Positions 1-12,100 of a stretch of 64,000 nucleotides of DNA are shown in pieces. Positions within the stretch are counted from its first letter, which is position 1; each line of letters opens with the position of its first letter. The translations under genes were made by a program, and so were the position numbers. Source of the stretch: Balanoglossus misakiensis (taxonomy: Eukaryota > Animalia > Hemichordata). The notes under the pieces are model-generated. The model did not search any database. It saw nothing but the letters and a program-made list of their open reading frames with translations, and had not been told where the DNA came from. The stretch covers positions 4,220,110-4,284,109 of the forward strand of contig CM082584.2 in NCBI GenBank assembly GCA_040954595.2, in the 5' to 3' direction.

Positions 1-810
1 CTCTACAATACGTTCCGACCAAAGTTCTGAAACAAAATTTAACAAAAACACTTCCTGGTTCAGTAAACTTACAACCCAACAGTCTAAATGGTTGTATTGT
101 TTTTACAAGGTGAATCGCATTCCACTAAATATGGACTATCACAAAACGATCTCGACAATTTGATCAATGACATTATTGTGCAATCAATTTGAAATAATCA
201 TATCAAATCAAGACTAAATACAATATTTTTTCCGTCCTCGGGAGTGTAGATTTTTGAGGTGTTATACATGAAAACAGTGTACATGGATATAGGTCCTCCC
301 CGCCTAGCATTTTGACCACACAACTTTGACCACAAACATTTCACAATTCGCCCAAATCACGATATGTCATGAAATATGAAAGTGAAGGGCAGTATGTTTA
401 CTATACAACTTTTATTTTTTGACTGGACACTTTTTTAAAGAGATGTGAATCTTGCATGGATGAAGTGTTGTGCGTGCATTTTTTAGTCAACCGTTTATCA
501 ACATACCTGTCACAAGTTCCAGAAAGAATCGACTCCCTTTAACCTTATCCAATGGATACATATGTACACACATTCCATAAAACTGACTTTACAGTAAAGA
601 AAACGATTGTGAAATGGCTAAAGTAGTGATGCTTATGATCCGTAGTCTTTTGACCACAAAAAAAATAAAAATAATTGTGTACCTCTAAAATCCTGTCCTG
701 CACTAATTGTATGCACTTGTTGTTGATTTTTGTGCATTCCTTGATCACCTGAAAAGTCTAAAATTTCACCTCAATATTTTCGTTCAATAGATCGTAAACC
801 CTAAGACAAG

Positions 811-3800
811 ATGGCCACCGCAAATCCCGGGAAATTGTTTTCACAGCAGTTAATGACCGACATCGATGAGAAGATCTTGATTTGTCCAATCTGTCAAGAT
901 CGGATGACGAGACCCAAAATTCTACAGTGCGTGCACACCTTCTGTGAGAAATGTCTCCAAAAATGGGTCAGACAGAGAGGAGGTACCCTCGAATGTCCGA
1001 CGTGCCGCTTTGTCACTCCGCTTCCCGAAAAGGGGGTCGAAGGTCTCGGTAATAACCTATTCATCAACGATATTATCGACATCTTTGACAAGCTGCAACC
1101 AACTGCTCCAGATTCGGTGACCTGTGACCTCTGTGACAAAAAAGCCGACAACTGGTGTAAAGAATGCGCTCAGTTCTTATGTGATGGATGTCGCCTTATT
1201 CATCTGAAAACAAGAACCATAAAACATCACAAAGTTTTTACGATGGAAGAGTATAACAACATGGCCGAGTCTGGTCGGGATCACCTGATTCGTCCACGAT
1301 TCTGTGCAGTTCATCAGGACAATCAGCTCAAGTTATTTTGCGACCACTGTCAGAATACAGTTTGTATTGAGTGTGCAATAATCGGTCATAAAGGCACTGC
1401 GCACAACTTGGAATCGCTAGAAGATGCGTCGAAGAAATACACTCCAGAGATGCAAATCCTGGTCGACAAGTTAGCAACCAAAGTGTCTTCACTCCGCGAA
1501 ACTCAACAAGAGACAGATAGATTCATCGGAGAATACAACAAAAAGAAGAGCAAGGTGCAACAGCAGATCAGACAGAAAGCATCTGACGTCATCAAACGAG
1601 TTCACAAAGAAGAACAGCGATTGCTGGATGAAGTGACGGCAATTGATGGAAAGATCATGAAGGAAGTGCAGGCAAAGGTCGAAAAACTGGAGTTTGATCT
1701 CGGCTGTGCTGAAAACATGAATGTCTACTCGCGAAGTCTGCTGCAACACGGCAATGCAGCTGATATACTTTCCCAGAAGAAAGAACTGATGCAGAGATTG
1801 AATGAAATCATAAATGATCGTTCAACAGACCGATACGTCCCCCCACAAAACACCCGCCTTGTTTTTCAAGAGAACAGCCAGTGCATGCAACTTTCTCTTG
1901 GAGAAGTAATCGACCAATCAGAAGTGACACATGCTGCACGTGTCAGCCAATCAGTTGATCGACAGATACTACAACAGCAACCTGAGGCAACGACTGAGAA
2001 ATCTGCGATTAAAAGAGAAATGACCGACCAATCCGGGGTGTCTAGTATGTCACGTGTCAGCCAACCAACTGTCGAGAGGAAACAACAAAGACCTAAGACT
2101 CTGGCCCAGAAGACTTCTGCTCTTGGAGTTGTTACTGGTAATATGCCAACGGGAACTATGGACGACTTCTCTGATAATTATTGGATTTACATTACATATA
2201 CATTTGCAGATGGAATACAAGGAGTAAGTAGTACAATGAAAACGGTTTGAGCTGCACAGAAGGAATGTACTAACTATCGATTTGTTTATCAACATAGTCA
2301 AAAGAAAACACGCTTTTCGCATTCAAGGTTAGACTTGCTCCAAGTCTATAGGCTTAAATTTCAGCAAAATTTGTTCTGATTTAATATAGCGTGTGTGGAG
2401 TGAACGCATTAAGTTGTGGCATCGCGATAGTGATGAACAGTAACCGAAACTCAGTACCGAAATTCAACCAAGGCAAACAAACGTATGAAGGGTAATGAGT
2501 AAAATTAAGAAATGGGGAACACCTGAATTAGTCAAGCGAATAGTGGGCTAGTCTAATTCAAGGTGAAGATGAAAAACCACGACTAGACCACAATGCATGC
2601 TTTAGTGATAAGAATGTATCACCCTAAACAATCTGTTATCAACTGTAACAATGAAAAAAATCACTGGTCTGTACATTTCTTCTGTGCATCTCAAACACCC
2701 TTTTTACCGTTGTTGTTGTATATGTTTATGAAATAATGGTTTGGCTAAATGCGTTGCATACCTTTGCAGTCCCAGTTTCTCTGTTTAAGTAAATTTTAAA
2801 CTGTTCCTGTCTTGTCAATATCAATGTCAATATGGGGTATGATATAGAGGGTGAAAAGTGGTCATGTTTAGTCTTGCTGTTTCATTCACACACACACGAA
2901 CACTTTATCGGCTATTATATCGACTTAGTTAACTTCTTCGCAAATAACATGATTTATTTTTTTGTCAAACTTTGTATGCTAACAACAGAGATTCGTGTAT
3001 CAATACAAATTATTCACGCTACATGAATAAGTGTATTGGAAATGTTTCCTTAATGTCATCATAAACCTGAAAGTTTTGACAGAAAAAGACAGCCAGCCCA
3101 TCTTGACTTGATGGCCGAAATCGCACAGAAAACGCTACAATCCATGTGTGGCTACACTTCATTGTTAGTGATGTTTTCGACTGTCACAATTTGATGATCA
3201 AAATAAAAGGAAACAGTCACCTCCCAAAATTGAACCTTCATGATTTCACCTTTTGTGGAAGGAATCAGATCATAGTTGATATGAATATTTATTCCCCGCA
3301 GAATCCAATATTTATTCTTAAAAGTTCAGTTAATAAACGCATCAAACACGAATGATAACTCAACGATTGGTGGGGAACTAACCAAAGCCACACGTCTTTC
3401 TCACTTTTCAAAATTTGAAATGTTGACGAGCGCAAGTTGTTTGTTTGAGAGATAAAAATCTGCCGAAGCGCCCTCAACGGCTGTATGTAAGTGTGTGTCT
3501 GCCAAGAGAGTAACAAACTCCGTGATCAAGGAAACATGGGTTTATATCTTTCAAATTATTCCCTCGGTAAATTTTCCGCCAGATTCCAGTGTGGTAAACA
3601 ATTATTTATATTTATTACACCTGATACGACATAAATCAGGAAAACGTCATACAATGCTTCGCAAGACTTTAATTATTATTTTTATTTTATTATTTTGTTT
3701 ATTTTATCAACTCAAAAATAACTAAATACATATAAATTTGTCGATAGTTTTTTTTTATAATTAGCCATATTTTATCGTAGTATGAATAATAATTCATACG

Positions 3801-6800
3801 TTATTGTTATTATTATTATTACTATTTATTTTTCATTTCCAAACCCTACATCTAATCAAGTATTTGAGTGGTTTAGAATGATGTTTGTTGCTTTGAATCC
3901 TTGGTCAGAAATATTTCGATTTCGTCATATAATTTTGGTAAAATCTGACACCATACTCTACAAATTTAAAGAGTAAGTACCAAAACTCCCAAGTCACATG
4001 ATTTGATGCTGCTTGTGTTGCAGCCTGAACATCCAAACCCTGGACAGCCATACAGTGGTGGTCAGTTCAAAGGAACCTTACGGGACGATGACGAGGGTCG
4101 TGAAGTGCTGCGGCTGTTGAGGATTGCATTTGATCGCCGACTGACTTTCACCATCGATGGGAAATCAAACAAAGTAGACTGGAATGGCATAACACATTTC
4201 CAATATGGGTAAGTTTGATTTCCATTATTGCTATTTCATCACACTGACACCCATTTAATATCAATTAACCAACAATATGTTACTTTTTTGCGATGTGTAT
4301 CAGAAATTTAAAGGGGTCTTCAATCATGTCAGCTCTTGTTTCCCTGTGTGGTTTTGATGGCGAACTGGGAGAAAAAACATACATTGTAGGTCATTGGAAT
4401 AGTTATCCAAATTAAAACAACACCGTTCCGGTGCCAGGAAAAGAGACACGTAACGTGAAATACATTTCGAGATCTCTATATGGAATGATTTTATGGAAAT
4501 GCATTGGAATCCAGCCCCTGAAGGTCTAGGTCTCTGCTAGTGACAAAAGTGTACATACATAGGTTATAGAAAAAAAAACTAAAATTAAAGTATTTTGATC
4601 AGTTAGCCAACAAATCAATAATACCTCAAGTCAAAATAGCAACGGCAAAGAACAGACATGTATTGAAGCTCATTGAACATGTTTGAGCTCACCCGCTGAT
4701 GGTGATAGTATCTGTGCAGGTAACCATCTTACTTAATTTTCACGTCTTTTGGTTTCATTGAACTACGCCTCTCGCACCTGAGTGTGTTCCTTGTAATGGG
4801 TACTAATGACGTCAATAATCAAGTTATCAGTTCTTTCAAAATATTTAGGGAATTGAAAATCAAAATCTACATATAGACACATTCTTATGTGACTCTCACT
4901 CAGACAGAAACGACTTGCGCACGTACCTATAAAATTGTTGTAATATTGATGAAAGGGATATCGACATGTTTTATTACAAACACATCCATTCGCAAGTAAT
5001 TGTGTGACTGTCACAACGTTACACGCCAATGTAACTGGTGGTATAAGTCGAGTGTGCGATATGTCATTTTAGAATACACAACTATAAGCATGTGCAATTT
5101 GAATAATCAACCTGCAATCCATTGATTGACACCTAATGGCCATTCCGGTTCCCCAAAGTGGCTACAAATATTGCAGTGGCATAATTTATTCCAGTAAACG
5201 TTTATAAATCCAAGTTGCGTCCAACCCATCAATCATTGAATATCTTCGATTCTGCATCTGTACATCGCAATAAATTGATGCAAATAGAGAACATTAACGT
5301 TTCACACGTGACAATTAAGGCTTAAAGCCTCAGTATTTCTCGTAGGGGCAAAATTTTGTTTGAAACGGCATCTATAATTTCTAAAAGTAGATGATAATTG
5401 ATACTGAATCGAACAGTCATCATCCCCAGCTCTGCTCATAAACTCATACAATTTACAATATAACGAGTGAAGAATGACTTTCTGTCCGGACAGAAAGTCA
5501 CGTGAGTCAGGCTCCTGTTGACACACGTGACTAGTGCGCATGCGCACTCAAATGTGAATATATGCGGAAGAGGTTTGGTCTCCCCAAATCAAGCGACTCA
5601 GCGAAGAAATGCGCACTAATTCGGCGAAATTTTGGGAAGATAACTTTATGGGAGAAATCAGTCGATGGAACCAGATCAAATCCGAAAATGGTCTGACCAT
5701 CAAATGTCAAAGTGGCACGTTTGCTGATCGACATGTACAACATTTCCGTTGTAAACAAACCCGCGCATCATTTCAAGTGTTACGGGCAATATTTACAGCT
5801 TGCACGTAGCTACAGTTGCCCAAACCTTTCTTCTATCTTCATTATGTAGTATTCCATGATGAATGTACGGGAAAAACGGGCATTTTTCGATGATGAAAAA
5901 TGGATACACACGAGAAATACTGGGGCTTTAAACCAAATACCAATTGCCTCTAGTAAAACCTAAATGTATATTTTTGAACGAAACCATGCAGCTTTCGTTC
6001 ATAGCATACTTTCAACTCATATCGAAGCCGTGGAAATCATGGGTACTAGTATATTCTTCTAAAATTGTTATACTTCATACTGTAACACAATTTTGAAATC
6101 CCTATAGCTGTACTATGATGCAGATAGAGAACATTAGGGCTTCTAACGTGACAATCAAACAAATACCAATTGCCAGATGGTAAAACTAACATGTATAGTT
6201 TTGATTGAAACCATCTGGCTTTAATACGTTCATGGCGCACTTTCGACTCATATCAAAGTCTTGAGAATCATGGGTATATTCTTCAGAATTGTCATATTTC
6301 ATTTATACTGGGATGGAATTTTGAAATCACTACATGTATTATATGGTTGTCGTTTGCATACTAACCCGAGTTAAATATACTATTCCACGTTCATCGGGAT
6401 CATACAAAATAAACATAATATGTCTAGTTTTCAGTCCAAACACAAGACAGAATTGAGGTTTAACAGCTCATTGGACGTTTTGGGATGCTCAAGAAATTGT
6501 GTTATTATACAAATTATTTGAACTCAATGCCATGAGACATTTGGCAGCTTCATTTGCGCAAATATATCACTAATTTGCTGCACATCATTTTAGAGTTTAT
6601 AAACAGAGTTGTAAAATTGTCCAAATGCTAAACGTGTTAGTCAAGAATCTAAGTACAGTTAATGTCATCACATACGAACAGGTATATTAGTGCCAAGTGT
6701 GGAATATTATTTCCTTCTATATCATGGACTAGGCATTGGTGAGATCCGATTATTAACCCTTTCTGGCCGGATATCCTATATATAGGAGAAATTCGGATAC

Positions 6801-7192
6801 GTTCCCAGAAAGCCAGGCTTGAAAGATTTAAGTGAGGTGTTATTTTTATCATGTCACTTTTAGGGTATAACTTCCTTCACAGAAGAGCACAATGCTGTAT
6901 TTTTGTTATAAAACTTTGTTCTGTACTGTAGTTGTGTATATTTGACATCTTCGTTTAATTTAATAATATTTCAATGTTGGCAACCAACAGTGGTTCAGCG
7001 TCACGGACCATCAAAATTATTATTAGCTGCACAATGCGTACCACACACTTGTGGGAGTGAAATCATTTTGTGTACAGTAATGGGAAAACTAATACATGTA
7101 ATTCTACACATTTATATTTATCCAGGTTTTGTTACTGGCCATCTTATTATGCAGAAGTGAAGAAAGAATTGGCTGCAAAAGGAGTGGTGTAA
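811..7192 (+). CDS. TRIM-type E3 ligase (RING, 2 B-boxes, coiled coil) fused to a C-terminal Deltex (DTC) domain; 3 coding exons, ~554 aa
   Basis: Exons 811-2223 (ends GIQG|gtaagt), 4024-4208 (cag|PEHPNPGQPY...HFQYG|gtaagt) and 7126-7192 (cag|G FCYWPSYYAEVKKELAAKGVV*); phases 0 and 2 join in frame. RING CPIC..C.HTFC..C..CPTC, B-box1 CDLC..C.EC...C..C...H, B-box2 CAVH..C.HC...C.EC...H...H. GNMP.G.M..GIQGPEHPNPG..EGREVL.LLR.AF...L.FT..W..I.H..V.KEL.AKG resembles Deltex C-terminal domains. Acceptor AG at 789-790 implies an upstream non-coding exon. Confidence 0.85.
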
Positions 7193-8615
7193 ATGTCAAG
7201 ACGCCCTCATAACGTGGTTGTAGCCACCACATGGAATGCATAATGAGAAAGACCTCAAGTGAATGTCAAGTACTCCGTGACGAATAGTCATTCTCTCTCA
7301 AATTATTTGGAGTTTTAGAAATATTTTATTGTATTATACAGAATAAGATTTGGTAAAGGAAAGCTAGTGTAGAATAGGATTTTGTCAAGAAAAATGTTGA
7401 AGATATGGATTACTCTGTGTGTAGTCATGGTATATTTCAAGTACAGAATTATCGCTGATCTGGTTCAGTTCATTTGGGATAATTGCATAGTAATAAACTC
7501 TATAAAACTCTCAGCACAGTACATGTAGCCTACACACTCGACATTTGGTCAGAAATACCACATATAAATCCCCAAGTACAACGAATACTAATTGTTTTTT
7601 ACTCATTGATTTAATATAAAAGAAGTTCATTTTTCTTATACTTAGCACTCAAATCTAATTCTTGAATATATCCAAGTTATTTTACACAGTGAATGGGGTT
7701 TTAACACATTACTACACCGAATATAGATTTGAAAGCCATGTCAATTTTTGCACAAATAATTCTGAAGATTTTTAAATTCCATCAACCAGAATGATATCAA
7801 TTTATCACATGATAATACGGTTTCTTGAATATAGTCTAACAAGTAATTTTTTTAATCAATTATGTACATAAAATTTGTAACATGGGAAATAAAAGACCAA
7901 TAAAAACCAATACTCATGGCTTTGTTACATCTGTAAATCTAATAAAGCTTTTGTCTCCAAAGTTTTCATCTCAGCCACACATACTTACAAGAGGAAAAAC
8001 TCAATTGCTCAGTGATTCCTTGTATACTTTTGAAGAAATAACAAAAGTTTTAATACATCTCTATTATGCATACACTTTTATTTTTCATCCCCTAATTTCC
8101 CAGTCGTACTTCTGCATTTAGTTAACGTCGGATCCTATGTATCTTGCTAATAATCTGTTCTGAACCTCTAGGCTAACGTGTATCTAACTTTATATCAAGC
8201 TAGAAACAGAAGTGATATTCTGTTAAATAAAACAAATGTATAATTAAGGTATGGACGTTGGAGACAGCAATCTATCCCATCATCCCCTTTTTTCCCGTAC
8301 ATGTTTCCAAAACTCTATCCCTATAAAATTTACCATCACCAGCGGTCAATAGCCTAGTCTGGTCCTCTGCCCCATTCCCGCCGTTGGCTGCGCTACGCTA
8401 AAAGACCCAAGGGGTCAGGTAATTGGACTATTGTTAATATTGGCTCTTATTGGTCAATAAATACGAACATTGTGATTGGACGAAAGCTATTTCAAACATT
8501 ACATTTACAACCTCGAAGTTTGAGTTTGTTTGCCAATCAAAATATGCTTTGGTGAAGTTGAATGAGAAACACTCCTAATATCAAACTATGGAATATGGTT
8601 ACAAGTCAAAGATCT

Positions 8616-9037
8616 TAGTCTGGTCCCCTGCCCCATTGCCACCGCTGGCTGTGCTACGCTAACGCGAAAGGAGTCAGGTACGTACCGCCCTAGACTCTCT
8701 CACAGCCCCTCTAGCCGTTCATGCAAGCTTATGGACTGATTGCATGTGTGTCCGCCGAGAAGGTTAACTACACAACACCAGACGGTGTTTCTCCCTTGCC
8801 AAACGGTTGAGGGGGCATAGCGAACCGTGGGCTGTGAGAGAGTCTAGTACGGCCCGATCTTGGCCAAAAACCTGGCCAGCATATTATAATGAAACAAAGA
8901 CCACGTGATCACAAACAAGATGGATGCCTCCAATGTCCGTATGCCAATGAGAGCCATGTTTACAAAAGCCTGTGCCTCAGACCCTTTCCTTTAGCATAGT
9001 GCAGCCAGCGGTGGGAATGGGGCAGGGGACCAGACTA
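8616..9037. mobile_element. Non-autonomous TIR element with TAG...CTA termini (Academ-like); a further left-end copy at 8355
   Basis: TAGTCTGGTCCCCTGCCCCATTGCCACCGCTGGCTGTGCTACGCTAA at 8616 and its near reverse complement ending at 9037; no clear TSD. Confidence 0.6.
8691..8846. mobile_element. Nested MITE with TAG...CTA termini and 9-bp TSD (AcademH-like)
   Basis: TIR TAGACTCTCTCACAGCCC / GGGCTGTGAGAGAGTCTA; flanks GTACCGCCC (8682-8690) and GTACGGCCC (8847-8855). Confidence 0.7.
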
Positions 9038-9164
9038 GTTACATAACAGCTTGTCTGTGTGCGCATTTACACACTCTCGATCCCCCACTCCCAGTGGCCA
9101 GGAGTGTGATATAGATTAACCACATCCAAAACAACTTAGGTACTTTTCTGTTCTTATTTTTTAG

Positions 9165-12100
9165 GAATAATGAATCAAACAAAATCAGACTTGGGCAAGA
9201 AAATGCTAAGGTAAACATGTAGTTGCAAATGTGAGAAAAAAGTTGTTAATGGTGAGAAGATTTTTGTATTTATCCAAACTTGCAAACAAACATGAACATG
9301 ACATGGACAGTAGCAAACAAACTTGTTTGACTGTATTTCTCCTGGCAAGAGCCCAGGGGTCTGAACATTGAACATTTACCAGGGGAATGAGGGGTGCTCT
9401 TGTCTTGCTCCTAGTACCCACCTTGATATGTTAAAAAACTTTCATACAGTAGATTTGCTAAAATAGAACATTTTATTTACTTAGAAGTAAAGGGATTGTG
9501 TTATACTTACCTGAAGTATAAGATGACAAGAAAATATTAAATGGGAAAAAAATGTTGACAAACTTCAATATTACCTACTTCTATTTTACTCATCAAATGT
9601 TTATTTCAACTGTAAAAATCAGCCGGGGCTCTAAATAACAGGATATTGCCTCATAGATTATCCCTTTCACCACTATGGTCCGGTCCAAATCCATTGTTTT
9701 CTATGGGAAGGATGGACCTCTATAGAGGGAACTGGGGGATGAAAGGGTAAATGGAAGTGGGGCCTTTGCCTGTAGGAGCAAGGGCCTCTACCAAGAGAAA
9801 TACAGTAGATTAAGTTTGTTTGAACCATTATTACAATGGACAAGATATGTTTTGACCAAACAATTTTCAACACATCCAACGGGTGAAGATAGAATTGGAT
9901 AAATGTCAATATTACATACAAACATACATGGAATCCAAAGACCATTTATATCTTCATCAAGTTTTCAAAACCAAGACCCCCTTCCCATTTACTATAATGC
10001 TTTGTCCCAAATTATTTTGATTTGCTCAGGATGTGGTTTTTGAGACCCGTACAGGATATTGATCTCCTGAAGGAAAGACAAGCTGCAATCAGTTTTTTTG
10101 TCTCACCAAGAAATATTGAAGTATGCTCATCTCTACAAGACGCTCTACGGAATATCAAGAATGTCGCTGTACGTACATTGTGTAACTACTAAGTACATTG
10201 GTTGTATATTTAATAAAGTATTTTGAAATTTTGAATAACAATTTTTCAACTTCATTATAGTGAAGACATGCCAATTTTGCCACAAGTAGACAAAATTTTA
10301 TGCTTAACAAATATAACTTCTGAGTAGATGTTTTTTTGAAAAATACCATATATCCGCTATTAATTTTCGATAAATTCTCTTTGATTTGGATTTTCTTTGA
10401 TAGTTTGCATTGTGTGTGTGCATTGTATGTGTTAGAGTGAAAGGTCCATCGCTTGAGGGCGCTCCCTATGTTAGCGCTCTTGAACGATGGATTTTGTGTG
10501 TGGAAGAACCAAATACATTAGTTTTATCAGACGCATGTAGTATCTGAAGTATATTGCAAGTATATGGATTATGTATTATTGTTCTTTTCTTTATTATTTC
10601 TAGAGAGTGTTGGGTCGGATGAAAACAGCTCAAGCCTCAATTGGTGACTGGCAAGCCTTATACCAGGTACAAGTCACAAGTTAATTTTTTCACAATAAAA
10701 TAAATCTACAATAGGTACGCACTTTAAACATAACTGAGCTCATTGATTTGTAAGAGATATCTTGTCTTAAATTATTTATTGCGTGTTACTTGTAGACTGC
10801 CTACAATGCAATATACATTGGTGATATATGCAGAGCTCAGACTGCTGATGTGGCCATCTTTAAGAAGGTAAGGAAACTTTTATAAACAATTTACATATAC
10901 TGTTTTGTATTGGTATTAGAAATGTAACAAATGAGTCTGTTAATGTGTAAGAAAGAAGTCGAGACTTTCTAAAATAATCAGTGTTTGCCAATGTCACCTG
11001 TGATTTTTAATATGTGTACACCTATTTCTGTGTAATTCCCAAATGGGAGCACAGTGTCCTTGATGCTATGTTTTTCTGTCTGATTGCTTTGAAATTTGGG
11101 TTACAGGCTCATGATAGATTTAGCTAGTTTGTAATTTTCTTTATTTTTGGTCAAAAAGCACTACATGTATTGATTCAATGGATGCAAAATGCAAACAATA
11201 GATATGCAATGTAGAGGGCCATCTGAAAGTCTTCTTTGCACCTGCACTACAATGGTTGAGAGTTGAGACCAGGTCATAGGCCAAGAATGCACTATTTTAA
11301 GCCCTATACAAATTCATTTGTTTCCTGTGATTTTTATATGAAAATGGGTGACTTGTGGTTGGTGAAAACAACTTCTATTGGCTAACCTTGCAACCTCCCA
11401 GGACAGATATATGCAGAAATCACCCTTGGTACCCTCCCCCTATTAAAATATTACACACTGCAATCTGAATGAATGGTAAGAAGTGACACCCTTGGTTGCA
11501 TGTAACTCCAGTTTGTGTTTCATTACGACAGGGATGTGGCTGTTTCCTTGATAAGCTAGGTCTTGATATGCTTGATAGGTCTTGTAATTTTCTCCTTTTT
11601 TTGTTATTTTTCAACAGATAAGCAGAACATTCACTGAGGATTTACATTATATTGCCGGCCTGATTATCAAAATTGTAAGACTTGGTTATTTAGTTTTAAT
11701 GTCCTCCAGATAAACCCAGAATAGAGACATAGATTATCATAAGGCCAAAATAAAAAATATGTGATGTTCCGATTACCCAACCTACCCTAATTTTAACCCA
11801 CCGACCCTAAACTTTTTAGAGCTTCATTAACCCATAAGTAAAAATAATGTCAAATATACAAAATTGCGCGAAATATGATGAAATCGTGCGCATCACACAA
11901 GAACTATGACATCTTTCTTCTACACTAACGCTGCAAGAGAAATAAAAAAAATGCAAAATAAAAAAAAATTCCCTACCTACCTACCCTAACAATGTATAAT
12001 CGGAACAGCACATATTATTTTTGGGGGGCCTAAAATCGATTATAATTTCTGTCCATTACACTTCTGTTTATCTGCAGCCATTGAATAGACATCAGTGAAA

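Noticed and set aside
2224-2250. TRIM protein ending VSSTMKTV as a single-exon gene
   Set aside because: GTAAGT donor at 2224 and in-frame continuation of the DTC motif in two downstream exons.
5934-6335. Diverged ~227-bp direct duplication in the TRIM-DTC intron
   Set aside because: Real but old and without termini or coding features; not classifiable from the sequence alone.
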